A stretch of 64,000 nt of DNA from NCBI GenBank assembly GCA_001567115.1, contig LMZT01000169.1:46-64045 (forward strand), in the 5' to 3' direction. The DNA is from Candidatus Hinthialibacteria bacterium OLB16. GTDB lineage: Bacteria > Hinthialibacterota > Hinthialibacteria > OLB16. How positions within the stretch are numbered: position 1 is the stretch's first letter; every line of letters starts with the position of its first letter. A model generated the notes under the pieces. That model saw nothing but the letters and a program-made list of their open reading frames with translations, searched no databases and was not told the DNA's origin. This document shows, piece by piece, positions 1-9,468 of the stretch. The position numbers and the translations under genes were made by a program.

Positions 1-95
1 GCGCCCGACATACTACAACCCAAAAGACAGTTCATCCCCGGCTTGCACCGGGGAACCAATGGAATCCCCTGCCACTGGATTCCCGCTTTCGCGGG

Positions 96-163
96 AAAGA
101 CGATGAAGGGGGAGGGAATGAGGATTGAGAAAACGGTAAAGACGATGAATGGGGTGGGAATTG
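96..163. repeat. Two copies of a ~26 bp direct repeat (aaagacgatgaaKggggWgggaat), period 42 bp, next to tRNA-Ala and flanked by two short GC hairpins (36-53, 81-96)
   Basis: Read directly: 96-120 and 138-163 are 22/24 identical; hairpins ccccgg-cttgca-ccgggg and tcccgc-tttc-gcggga lie just upstream. Confidence 0.5.
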
Positions 164-206
164 CCTGGTGCAGGGGCGGCATTCATGGCGCCCGGTGAAC
201 TGGACA

Positions 207-282
207 TGGTGGAGCTGAGGGGGATCGAACCCCTGACCTCAGGCTTGCAAAGCCCGCGCTCTCCCAGCTGAGCTACAGCCCC
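207..282 (-). tRNA. tRNA-Ala (anticodon TGC)
   Basis: Reverse complement reads GGGGCTGTAGCTCAGCTGGGAGAGCGCGGGCTTTGCAAGCCTGAGGTCAGGGGTTCGATCCCCCTCAGCTCCACCA. It has a canonical cloverleaf, a G3:U70-type Ala acceptor, a CTTTGCAAG anticodon loop and an encoded CCA. Confidence 0.95.
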
Positions 283-439
283 ATGATTGAGTTCATCTGA
301 AATTTCCGCTGCATTTCGACTGAAGTCAAGTCCCATTGGCTGCTTTCGGTTCTTCCTTTGCCGGAGTTTCTGTCTTCCTGCTTTTGTGTATATTATCCCG
401 CAATGGGTTGAATATTCCCGCAAATAAGGAGACACAATC

Positions 440-1228
440 ATGCCACGCATCAGACAATCTTTCTGCTATGGCCTGTTTGCAGATGAGGGGCGCTCGGTGG
501 AGCAGGTATTACGCGATGCTGCCGATATCGGCCTCAAAGCGGTCGAGATTTGGGGGCGCCAGCATGCTCCTTTCGATGAAATCTGTGAAAAGGCAGGAGA
601 AGCTGGTCTGGCAGTCTCCAGCATGTGTGGCCATGAGAGCCTCGAAGATGGCCTCAACAAGCGTGAAAACCGCAACCGTATTGAGGATGAATTGCTGGCC
701 AGCATTGAAATCGCCCGGACCAGAAAAATTTCAGGGCTGATCTGTTTCTCTGGGAACCGTAATGCCGGCCAGAGCGATGAAGAAGGGATCGAAGCCTGTG
801 TCGAAGGGCTGAACCGGGTAAAAAAAGCCGCCGAGTCTGCGGGTGTGAATCTGAATCTGGAACTTCTCAACAGCAAAGTGGATCACCCTGGCTATCAGTG
901 TGACCACACTGCCTGGGGGGTGGAGGTTGTCAAGCAGGTCAACAGTCCGAATGTGAAGCTGCTCTATGACATTTATCACATGCAGATTATGGAAGGGGAT
1001 GTGATTCGGACCATCCGGAACAACATCCAGCATATCGGGCATTTCCACACAGCCGGAAATCCAGGGCGCAATGATATGGACCACACACAGGAAATGGACT
1101 ATATCGGGATCTGCCGTGCCATTGCCTCAACCGATTACCCGCTTTTTGTCGGCCATGAATTCATCACACATCGATCCAGCAAAATGCAGGGACTCAAAGA
1201 GGCATTCGAAATCTGCGATCAGGGGTGA
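440..1228 (+). CDS. Sugar phosphate isomerase/epimerase (xylose-isomerase-like TIM barrel, hydroxypyruvate isomerase family)
   Basis: 262 aa ORF; RBS aaggag 8 nt upstream of ATG; Hyi-like motifs (VEIWG, HFHTAGNPGRNDMD, GHEF). Confidence 0.75.
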   Translation: MPRIRQSFCYGLFADEGRSVEQVLRDAADIGLKAVEIWGRQHAPFDEICEKAGEAGLAVSSMCGHESLEDGLNKRENRNRIEDELLASIEIARTRKISGLICFSGNRNAGQSDEEGIEACVEGLNRVKKAAESAGVNLNLELLNSKVDHPGYQCDHTAWGVEVVKQVNSPNVKLLYDIYHMQIMEGDVIRTIRNNIQHIGHFHTAGNPGRNDMDHTQEMDYIGICRAIASTDYPLFVGHEFITHRSSKMQGLKEAFEICDQG

Positions 1229-1263
1229 AACCCGGCTTGCTCATCGCTGCCTGGCATATTAAA

Positions 1264-1298
1264 GGCTGGAGGATGCTTCATCAAAGCAGCCTCCAGCC
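1264..1298. terminator. Bidirectional stem-loop between convergent genes
   Basis: GGCTGGAGGaTGCTTcatcaAAGCAgCCTCCAGCC, a near-perfect 15-bp stem, between the + gene ending at 1228 and the - gene ending at 1347. Confidence 0.5.
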
Positions 1299-1346
1299 AC
1301 AACCAGCTAAATTACCAAACAGCAGCCGTGTCTGAATGGAGCATGT

Positions 1347-2144
1347 TCATGGATGGCCGGGAAGTCCCGGTCCGCCAGTGATGGCTCCCTCGACAATCTG
1401 GACGCTACGGCACAAAGTCAGGAACTTTTCCTTGGCGGCAGCCATGGTTTTCTCAGGGCCTGTCCCTTTGATATACCAGGGGCCACTGGGTGTTTCGACA
1501 ATCGCTCCCAGCATCATGTACCCTGTCTTCTCCGGCATCGGAGGCATCCCCGGCATCGAGGAAGCCAGCATGGTTCCGGGCACACTCACCAGTTTGATGG
1601 GATATTTGTCTCCCTTGATATCTTCAACCACTGCCTTGGATTTGGGATCCGATCCATCGGGCTGGCTGAACTGGCCAATCCAACGGTCGATGTTGTCCTG
1701 AATGGAGCCGCCGATCGGCGCGAAGAAGGCAATCTCTCCCTCCGAAGTGTCACCCTCCACAGGGGGAATGTTCACCTGGTAAATACGCATCATGGAGGTG
1801 GGTTGTTTGCTCTGCCATTCTTCAGGAACCAGAAACTGCATTTCATGCCCGGTGTTCTGGTCCACACCCTTGGCGACTTTAAAACCTGCAATCGGCTTCA
1901 GGGCTTCCGCCGGTTTGGCTGCCTGTGGAGCGGGGCTGCCCTTTTCTCCCTCCTGGGCAAGCTGGGCTTCCTGCTGGTGGCTGGAACCTACCTGGCCGGC
2001 ATCCCCGGTTGTGACGGTTTCTGTGCTGGGTTTCTTGTTTACCACCACCAGCTCCTGTTCGACTGAAGGCTCACGGGAGCACCCGGAAAAAAGGGTCAGG
2101 CTTGCCAGGATGCACACCCCCAGGCTCAGCTTCTGGATCAACAT
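1347..2144 (-). CDS. Probable lipoprotein / secreted protein of unknown function
   Basis: ORF 1347-2195; internal Met gives N-terminal MLIQKLSLGVCILASLTLFSGC (signal peptide with lipobox-like FSGC); Gln/Pro-rich low-complexity linker then a globular C-terminus. Confidence 0.55.
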   Translation of the reverse strand: MLIQKLSLGVCILASLTLFSGCSREPSVEQELVVVNKKPSTETVTTGDAGQVGSSHQQEAQLAQEGEKGSPAPQAAKPAEALKPIAGFKVAKGVDQNTGHEMQFLVPEEWQSKQPTSMMRIYQVNIPPVEGDTSEGEIAFFAPIGGSIQDNIDRWIGQFSQPDGSDPKSKAVVEDIKGDKYPIKLVSVPGTMLASSMPGMPPMPEKTGYMMLGAIVETPSGPWYIKGTGPEKTMAAAKEKFLTLCRSVQIVEGAITGGPGLPGHP

Positions 2145-2324
2145 ATTCAAACTCCTTTTAATGGCATGTTTTTTTGTGAATCGATGCTGATTCATTTTAT
2201 GCGGAATGGTTCATCTGTCCACTGGTCGAGCCACTCAGGCTGCAAACCCCTGTTCCTGTTCTCAGGAAAAGTTTTTAATGGGTTATCACTATTCCAAGAT
2301 CTGTATGCAAAGGAGTACCGCCCC

Positions 2325-2900
2325 GTGTCCCGAAGTGTTGCTGAACTTAAACAGCTCGCGCTGTATGAAAAACAGACTTTTCACAGGACTGTGTCCACCG
2401 AGGTGTACCTGACTGAAGAGGGAGGCCTGTCGATCTGCAAACTGCATGATAACTACCATGATATGGAACTTGCGCTGCTGATCGATCTCGAAACCTTTGT
2501 CATCAAAGACATCGCAGTTATCATGAACCGCCATCCTTTTGAAGACTGCATCCGATCCTATGTCAGTTATGAACGTCTGATCGGCTTGAAGGTCATGGGT
2601 GGGGGTGTGTTGCACCAGGTTCACCAGCTGATCCCCCGTGTGGATGGCTGCACTCACCTCTATACCGCTCTGGAGGCGGCCTTGCGTGCCCTGTTCATCG
2701 GTGCCGGTTATGAAGGCATCCGCAGCCGGACCACTCCCGGTTCTCGCGCCGAGCACCAGGAGATGCTTCGTCAGCATCCCCTGACAAAGAACACCTGTGT
2801 CAGCTTCCGAACCGATGGAAAGTTTCCTGAATCTCCTGCAGTGTTCCTTGGGAAGCTCGAATCAAAATCCAGTGGGACGGATAACCGGAATGAAAGGTGA
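2325..2900 (+). CDS. Hypothetical protein (about 190 aa); start inferred at GTG 2325
   Basis: Frame-3 ORF 2166-2900. The only strong RBS (AAGGAG at 2310-2315) precedes GTG at 2325. The upstream part of the ORF overlaps the divergent lipoprotein gene. Confidence 0.4.
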   Translation: MSRSVAELKQLALYEKQTFHRTVSTEVYLTEEGGLSICKLHDNYHDMELALLIDLETFVIKDIAVIMNRHPFEDCIRSYVSYERLIGLKVMGGGVLHQVHQLIPRVDGCTHLYTALEAALRALFIGAGYEGIRSRTTPGSRAEHQEMLRQHPLTKNTCVSFRTDGKFPESPAVFLGKLESKSSGTDNRNER

Positions 2901-3930
2901 CAGGCCTCTGCCGGTTCAGGAAATGCTGGAGGGAATCCTCTCGCTGCAGAGGAAGCTTCGGGACCATATCCATCGGCAATTGCTCAGGCAGAGTGGCTAT
3001 GGTTCAGCCATGGTGGCTTTCGAGGCTCCTTCCGACACCATCTATACGATCGACCGGCAGTGTGAGGAAGTGCTTCTTCCTGAGCTCGAAAGCCTTTCAA
3101 AGAAGGTCTCTTTTGTCCTGATTGCCGAGGGAATTTCTGATGACAGGCCGATTCCTTTTCCTGAAGGAAGGGACCCCTCGGACTGCCTGTACCGCATTAT
3201 CCTCGATCCGATCGATGGGACACGCATGTTGATGTATGACAAGCGAAGCGCCTGGTCGCTGGCGGGGGTGGCAGTCAATCGTGGCGAATCCACTTCCCTC
3301 GAGGATATCTGCATGGCTGCCATGACAGAAATCCCTGTTTCGAAACAGACCATCGGGGATGTGGTGTGGGCCTGTCAGGGAGAGGGTTGTCATGGGTGGA
3401 GGGAAAACCTGCTGGATGGCTCTCGCCACGCCTGGAATCCCTCTCCGAGCCGTGCCGAAAATCTGGACCATGGTTTCGCCCAGGTCACCAAATTTTTCCC
3501 CGGGCGAAAAGCACTGGTATGCAAGCTGGAGGAAGACCTCCTGGCTCATCTCGGCGCATTCGACAAAGAGAACCGTTGCCTGGTTTTTGATGATCAGTAC
3601 CTCTCAACCGGTGGGCAGATTTATGAAATCCTCGCCGGGCATGACCGTTTCCAGGCGGATCTGAGGGCTTCGATGCGCGCCCTTGATGATCCGGAATCCG
3701 CTCCACCCGGAATGGCCTGCCATCCCTATGATATCTGCACTGCCCTGCTTGCTCGAGAAGCAGGAATCATTGTGACCGATATCCATAACCAGCCGCTCAA
3801 TGCTCCTCTCGATACAACTACCGAACTTGACTGGATTGCCTATGCCAATCCGGCCCTTCAAGCCAGAATGGCCCCGGTTCTCAGCGAACTTCTCCTCCGT
3901 TACGGATTGTCGCGGAGGACAATCCAATGA
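2887..3930 (+). CDS. Inositol monophosphatase family protein (IMPase/FBPase-like)
   Basis: ILDPIDGT metal-binding motif and the WSLAG motif; start trimmed to MKGDRPL/MLEGIL relative to ORF 2797. Confidence 0.75.
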   Translation, partial: GMKGDRPLPVQEMLEGILSLQRKLRDHIHRQLLRQSGYGSAMVAFEAPSDTIYTIDRQCEEVLLPELESLSKKVSFVLIAEGISDDRPIPFPEGRDPSDCLYRIILDPIDGTRMLMYDKRSAWSLAGVAVNRGESTSLEDICMAAMTEIPVSKQTIGDVVWACQGEGCHGWRENLLDGSRHAWNPSPSRAENLDHGFAQVTKFFPGRKALVCKLEEDLLAHLGAFDKENRCLVFDDQYLSTGGQIYEILAGHDRFQADLRASMRALDDPESAPPGMACHPYDICTALLAREAGIIVTDIHNQPLNAPLDTTTELDWIAYANPALQARMAPVLSELLLRYGLSRRTIQ

Positions 3931-4649
3931 CCACACGAAAAGTGCTGTTCATCCAGCCGATCGGTTGTGAAGGTCCGGGTTTGATCGAGGAAACACGACC
4001 ATCGGAATTCGAGCCGGAAATCTGCCGGCCGGTGATCGGGCAGCCCATTCCAGGCGATGCGGACCCCTATGCAGCTCTGGTTCTCCTTGGCGGCCCGATG
4101 GGGGTTTATGAAACAGAAAAGTACCCCTGGCTGCTTGATCTCTTTGAGCTGATTCGCCAGGGGGTCGAGAGGGATCTTCCGATTCTCGGCATCTGTCTCG
4201 GCTCGCAGGCGCTGGCTGCCGCGCTGGGGGCTGAGGTAAAGCCTTCCGGCCTTCAGGAAATCGGCTGGCACCCGGTCACTCTCAACTCGGAAGGGCAGAG
4301 AGATCCGCTCCTGAGCCTGCTGCCCAGCCCAATCGAGGTTTTTCATTGGCATGGAGACCGTTGGGAACTCCCGCCCGGCGCAACTCTGCTGGCCTCCTCG
4401 GCAATGTGTGATCATCAGGCATTCCGTGTTGGCCAGCACCAGTATGGCTTCCAGTTTCATATCGAGGTGACTCCAGAAACTCCGCCAATCTGGGCTGAAG
4501 CCTACCATGAGGACCTGCTCCGGCATCCGGGCGTTCCATCGCCGGAAGACATCTCCGTTCAGTCAGCACAGTATGGCCCCATCCTTGAGCAATACAGTCG
4601 TGTTATATTCACGAAGTTCTGGCAGATGGTTCACGAACATTCAAAATGA
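3927..4649 (+). CDS. Class I glutamine amidotransferase-like protein (GATase1, GMP-synthase-like)
   Basis: LGICLGSQALAAALG nucleophile-elbow Cys and the FHWHGD motif; ATGA overlap with the upstream gene. Confidence 0.75.
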   Translation: MTTRKVLFIQPIGCEGPGLIEETRPSEFEPEICRPVIGQPIPGDADPYAALVLLGGPMGVYETEKYPWLLDLFELIRQGVERDLPILGICLGSQALAAALGAEVKPSGLQEIGWHPVTLNSEGQRDPLLSLLPSPIEVFHWHGDRWELPPGATLLASSAMCDHQAFRVGQHQYGFQFHIEVTPETPPIWAEAYHEDLLRHPGVPSPEDISVQSAQYGPILEQYSRVIFTKFWQMVHEHSK

Positions 4650-4667
4650 TGTGAGAGGAATGGGACA

Positions 4668-5087
4668 ATGTTAAAAGGAAAACTGCTGCACCCGGAAATC
4701 CTTGGCGCACTGGCTGGTGCAGGCCATGGATCGAAAGTATTGATAACAGATGGCAACTTTCCTCACTCTACAAAAGCAGGATCCCAGGCCCAGCTGGTTT
4801 ACCTCAACCTGGCTCCGGGAAAAGTCCTGGTCACAGAGGTTCTCCAGTCCATATTAACAGTAATTCCAGTCGAGTCTTTCGAAGTTATGCAGCCTGCTGA
4901 TGGGAAGGATGCGCCGATTTTCAAGGAGTTTCGTAAATTGATCGGAACTCGTGTTCCCATGACCCGGCTCGAACGATTTGCATTTTATGATGCCGCAATC
5001 GATCCGGATGTCTGCCTGCTCATTGCGACAGGCGATCAGCGCCTGTATGCCAATATCCTGCTGACCATTGGTGTCGTGGCACCCTGA
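4668..5087 (+). CDS. RbsD/FucU family sugar mutarotase (D-ribose pyranase / L-fucose mutarotase)
   Basis: 139 aa; MLKGKLLHPEILGALAGAGHGSKVLITDGNFP is the conserved RbsD/FucU N-terminus. Confidence 0.8.
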   Translation: MLKGKLLHPEILGALAGAGHGSKVLITDGNFPHSTKAGSQAQLVYLNLAPGKVLVTEVLQSILTVIPVESFEVMQPADGKDAPIFKEFRKLIGTRVPMTRLERFAFYDAAIDPDVCLLIATGDQRLYANILLTIGVVAP

Positions 5088-5094
5088 GGCCATG

Positions 5095-5952
5095 ATGCAG
5101 ATTGTCTCTTCCCCTGAGGAAATGAGGCGGATTGCCCAGCAGGTCCGTCAGGAGGGGAAAACCATTGGTTTTGTGCCAACCATGGGATACCTTCACGAAG
5201 GCCATCTTTCACTGGTCCAGAAAGCGAAAAAAGCCAGCGATTTCACTGTGGTCTCTCTGTTCGTGAATCCCACTCAGTTTGGCCCGCAGGAAGACCTCGA
5301 TCGATATCCTCGAGACTTCCATCGCGATCGGGAACTGCTCGAAAATGAATCGGTGGACCTGCTTTTCGCGCCTGAAAAATCGGCACTCTATCCAGAGGGT
5401 TTCTCGACAGTGGTTCGTGTGGAAGGGTTGACCGACCGCCTGTGCGGGCAGAGCCGCCCCTGGCATTTCGGGGGGGTCACACTGATTGTCTGCAAGCTGT
5501 TTCATCTGGTTCAGCCACAAGCGGCCTGGTTTGGCCAGAAAGATTATCAGCAGTGCCAGGTGATTCGACGCATGGTCAGGGATCTCGATTTCGGCATTCA
5601 AATTCATGTATGCCCGATCATCCGTGAAAACGATGGGCTGGCGATGTCTTCCCGGAACAGATACCTCCAGCCTGAGGAAAGGAAACAGGCTCCAGTTCTG
5701 GTAAGATCTCTTGCAGCAGCCAATCAACTTTTCCTGGAGGATGAAAGGTCCGCAGCCCGGCTGGTATCGGCAATTCACTCCACCCTGGCCAGAAGCCCGG
5801 AGGCGCGAATTGATTATGTCGAAGTGGTGGATGCGGAAAGCCTCGAGCCAATTGAAACCGTGGTGGATCCCGCAGTGGCAGTGATTGCAGTCTATTTCGG
5901 TCAAACACGGCTGATCGATAACCATATACTCGGAGAGGATTTGAGCTACTGA
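5095..5952 (+). CDS. panC: Pantoate--beta-alanine ligase
   Basis: VPTMGYLHEGHLSLV HIGH-like motif, FVNPTQF and FGQKDYQQ motifs; start set at MQIVSS. Confidence 0.9.
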   Translation: MQIVSSPEEMRRIAQQVRQEGKTIGFVPTMGYLHEGHLSLVQKAKKASDFTVVSLFVNPTQFGPQEDLDRYPRDFHRDRELLENESVDLLFAPEKSALYPEGFSTVVRVEGLTDRLCGQSRPWHFGGVTLIVCKLFHLVQPQAAWFGQKDYQQCQVIRRMVRDLDFGIQIHVCPIIRENDGLAMSSRNRYLQPEERKQAPVLVRSLAAANQLFLEDERSAARLVSAIHSTLARSPEARIDYVEVVDAESLEPIETVVDPAVAVIAVYFGQTRLIDNHILGEDLSY

Positions 5953-5955
5953 ATC

Positions 5956-8300
5956 ATGGCAAGGAGCGTATACATCCGTATGGTGCTTGTTCTCTCATCT
6001 GTTCTCTGTCTGGCCGGGGTTTCTGCACAATCTCCGCTGGAGAGCCACACCCTGGTTCTGGATTCTCCCGCAATGACCTGGGATGAAGGGCTTCCTCTTG
6101 GAAATGGGCTTCTGGGTGGCCTGGTGTGGGGTGATGGCGGCCCCCTCAAGATCTCGCTGGATCGAACCGACCTATGGGATCTTCGCCCGGTCCCACAATA
6201 TGATACCCCGGACTACAACTATGCGGCCATGCGCGAGTGGGTGAAGCAGAAACGCATCGAGGATCTTCACCGTTTGTATGATGATCCTTATGGCAATGCC
6301 GGACCGACAAAAATTCCTGCTGGACGGATCGAATTTACATTGGGAGAAAATCTTCCTTTCAAAAAGGCGGAACTTCCTCTGGCGCCTGCCTGTGCGCGTG
6401 TTTCATTCGATGGCGCGAATCAGGTTCGTGCGCTGATCCATGCGGTCGAACCCATCGGCATGATCGAAGTGAGTGGGATCAGCCCGAAAGATGTCCGGGT
6501 AATCGCTCCGCCATTTTCAGGCGAGGTCAAGGATCCGGCCGCCCCGAATAAAATCAGCGCCGGAGACCTGGCTTCTCTCGGGTATCCTGCCCCGGTGATG
6601 ATCCAGGAAGCGACTGCCCAGGGATACACCCAGCAGGGCTGGGGAGATTTTCATTTTGCGGTGTACCTCGAATGGCGGGAAGTGGAACTTCCACAGGATG
6701 CAGGGAAGAAGAAACCTGCCCGCTCCTGGCGGGGAGTCTGGTCAATTGCCACCTCCAGTGAGGGTTCTGATCCTTTGGCGGTTGCCCGAATGCGTGTCAG
6801 GAAAGCCCTGCTTGAGGATTGGATGAATCTTCAAGCAAGCCACCTTCTGGCCTGGCTGGATTACTGGAAGAAGAGTTCCATCGAAATCCCGGACAAAGTA
6901 ATCGAAAAGCAGTGGTACCTGGACATGTACAAATTCGGTTCAGCAGCACACCGAAATCATCCACCCATATCTCTGCAAGGCCCCTGGACTGCCGATGATG
7001 GGAAATTGCCCCCTGGAAAGGGGATTATCATCATGACCTCAACACCGAGCTGTGTTACTGGCCCTGCTACACAGGCAACCACCTCGATGAGGGACTCGGT
7101 TTCCTTGACTGGCTCTGGAAAACCAAACCGAATTGCGAAACCTGGACCAGGCGCTTTTTTGGAAAACCCGGTTTGAATGTTCCGATGACAGCCGATCTGA
7201 ATAACAACCAGATTGGCGGGTGGCACCAGTACACTCACTCATCCACCACCGCGGCCTGGCTGGCACACCACTTTTATCTCCATTGGAGATACAGCACCGA
7301 TGAGGCCTTTCTTAAGGAGCAAGCCTACCCATACCTCAGGGAGACCGCTGTCTTCCTGGAGGCCATCACTGAGAAAGGGGAGGATGGCCAGCGAACCCTT
7401 CCTCTCAGTTCTTCCCCGGAGATCCATGACAATCGTCTGGAGGCCTGGTTCCCTTCGATCACCAATTATGACCTGGCGCTGATCCGTTGGACCTTTGCAA
7501 AAACTGCCGAACTGGCTGATCGCCTGGGTCTGGAATCCGATGCCTCACACTGGCGGGAGGTTCTGGCAGAAATGCCTGAATTTGCTCTTTCGGATAAAAC
7601 CGGGGGCCTGCTTGTGGCAAAGAATATCCCCCTTCAAGACTCTCATCGCCACCTCTCCCATCTCATGGCGATTCATCCCCTCGGGCTGATAACCTGGGAA
7701 AACGGGGAAAAAGACCAGAAGGTAATTCTGGCAGCCCTCGAGGAAATGGACCGTCTGGGAACCTCCCAGTGGTGTGGTTACAGTTTCGCCTGGAAGGCCA
7801 GCATGGCTGCCAGGGCGCGCGATGGGAAACGGGCCGCAGAAGCGCTCAGAATCTTCGCTGAAGCCTTCTGCCTCAGGAACAGCTTCCATGCCAATGGCGA
7901 CCAGAGCGGGAAAGGGTACTCCAACCTGACCTATCGTCCCTTTACCCTCGAAGGGAATTGTGCGGCCGCAGCCGGGCTGCAGGAGATGCTCCTGCAGAGC
8001 TATTCAGGCGAAATCCGCATCTTCCCCGCGATTCCGGATGACTGGAAGGAAGCCTCCTTTGATTCTCTGCGCGCCGAGGGGGCATTCCTGGTTTCAGCCC
8101 AGAGAGCGATGGGGCAAACCCAACGAGTGGAAATACAATCGGAGAAAGGCGGAGCCTGTCATCTCGAAAACCCATTCCCGGATGGCGGCTTCGAGGTTGT
8201 GGAGGGGAAATCCGAGAAAGTTTCTGCAAAGGATTCTCTGATCCTCATCGAATTGCTCCCCGGGGAAAAAGTCGCTTTGACATGGAGGAAAAAGATATGA
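5956..8300 (+). pseudogene. GH95-family glycoside hydrolase (alpha-L-fucosidase-like), interrupted by a 1-nt deletion in a C5 run at 7009-7013
   Basis: ORFs 5956-7176 (frame 1) and 7173-8300 (frame 3). Frame 3 reads back to PPWKGDYHHDLNTELCYW right after frame 1 reads LQGPWTADDGKLPP. Adding one C restores a continuous protein of about 780 aa. Signal peptide plus GH95 N-terminal LGNGLLGGLVWG motif. Confidence 0.8.
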
Positions 8301-9109
8301 AGCCACGAGCCCTTGTTCTGACAGGTTTCGGCATCAACTGCGATTATGAGACCAGCTATGCCCTGTCCATGCCGGAGGTGGGAATGGAGGTGGATAACTG
8401 CCATTTGAATGATCTGGTCGAGGATCCATCACGGCTGGATCAGGCTCAGATGGCCGTGATTCCCGGCGGGTTTTCTTATGGAGACCACATTGGCTCAGGC
8501 AGGGTGCTGGGGAACCGCCTGCGAACCCGTGCCGGTGCATCGCTGCTGAAATTTGTCGATGAGGGCAAGCTGATTTTGGGGATATGCAATGGATTCCAGG
8601 TGCTTGTCAAAATGGGCTTGCTTCCTGGCAATCCCATCGGCGCCGAAAATCCATGGAAGCAGACAGCCACTCTGATGCGCAATGATTCCGGGCGTTTCGA
8701 GGATCGCTGGGTGCGAATGAAGGTCCGCCCCGGCCATCACTGCCCATTTCTCGAAGGGATCGATTCATTGTTTCTGCCATCGCGCCATGGGGAAGGGAAG
8801 CTGGTTTTCGCCGAGGGCATTCTCGAAGAAGCGATTGCGCATCAGCAGGATGTTCTTCGTTACTGCGATTCAGATGGGGTTCCGACCTCCCGATACCCAC
8901 TCAATCCAAATGGGTCGGAAGATAATCTGGCGGGCTTGTGTGATCGCACCGGACGCATCTTTGGTTTGATGCCGCACCCGGAAGCTTATCTCCATCGGAC
9001 CAACCACCCCTCCTGGACCCGTGAAGAGCTTCCCGAGGAGGGGCAGGGAGTTGCCTTGTTCCGCAATGCCGCCAACTATATCCGTGAGGAACTTGGCTGT
9101 ACTGCCTGA
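8297..9109 (+). CDS. purQ: Phosphoribosylformylglycinamidine synthase subunit PurQ (glutaminase)
   Basis: ALVLTGFGINCDYE, GGFSYGDH, GICNGFQVL and MPHPE motifs. Confidence 0.9.
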   Translation: MKPRALVLTGFGINCDYETSYALSMPEVGMEVDNCHLNDLVEDPSRLDQAQMAVIPGGFSYGDHIGSGRVLGNRLRTRAGASLLKFVDEGKLILGICNGFQVLVKMGLLPGNPIGAENPWKQTATLMRNDSGRFEDRWVRMKVRPGHHCPFLEGIDSLFLPSRHGEGKLVFAEGILEEAIAHQQDVLRYCDSDGVPTSRYPLNPNGSEDNLAGLCDRTGRIFGLMPHPEAYLHRTNHPSWTREELPEEGQGVALFRNAANYIREELGCTA

Positions 9110-9135
9110 AAAGACACAGAAAGGGAAATTCATCA

Positions 9136-9468
9136 ATGTTCAAAGGTTTAGGGGATCTTGCCGGGCTGGTAAAAAACGCCCGTGATATTCAGCAGAAGGT
9201 GGAAGAACTGAAAGCTTCTCTGGCTGAAGTTACGGCAGAAGGGGTTTCCGGAGGCGGACTGGTGCGAGTTCGAGGAAAAGGAGATGGCACTATCCTTTCC
9301 GTTGAAATCGATGAGCAGACTGTCAGAGATGGGGATGTCGAGATGCTCCAGGATCTCGTTCTTGCGGCGATAAACAGCTATAACCAGAAGCTTGCTGAAC
9401 TGCGAAGGGAAAAAATTACCGAACTCACCGGGGGGTTGCTGCCTCCCGGGTTCGATCTCGGATTATGA
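9136..9468 (+). CDS. ybaB: YbaB/EbfC family nucleoid-associated protein
   Basis: 110 aa; MFKGLGDLAGLVKNARDIQQK conserved N-terminus; upstream of recR as is usual. Confidence 0.85.
   Translation: MFKGLGDLAGLVKNARDIQQKVEELKASLAEVTAEGVSGGGLVRVRGKGDGTILSVEIDEQTVRDGDVEMLQDLVLAAINSYNQKLAELRREKITELTGGLLPPGFDLGL

Noticed and set aside
207-282. tRNA-Ala as part of an rRNA operon spacer (16S-tRNAIle-tRNAAla-23S)
   Set aside because: Neither flank contains a tRNA-Ile or rRNA-like sequence. Downstream is structured non-coding DNA and upstream a protein gene, so this is a standalone tRNA
13-450. 145-aa minus-strand ORF
   Set aside because: Completely overlaps tRNA-Ala (207-282) and the structured repeat region; no RBS; composition unlike protein (Arg/Gln-rich). 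Spurious
1353-2066. 237-aa + strand ORF antisense to the lipoprotein gene; likewise 5209-5925(-), 13910-14707(-), 22720-23655(-), 24093-24833(-), 33238-34122(-), 34430-35581(+), 43526-44275(-), 52373-53296(-)
   Set aside because: All are shadow ORFs fully inside strongly supported genes on the opposite strand. High GC yields long antisense open frames, and their translations are His/Arg/Cys/Pro-rich and motif-free
2206-2412. Frame-1 ORF MGYHYSKICMQRSTAPCPE... as an alternative N-terminus (frameshift) of the 2325-2900 gene
   Set aside because: Cys/Arg/Ser-rich non-protein-like composition. The frame-3 reading is amphipathic and has a perfect AAGGAG RBS before GTG 2325, so no frameshift needs to be invoked
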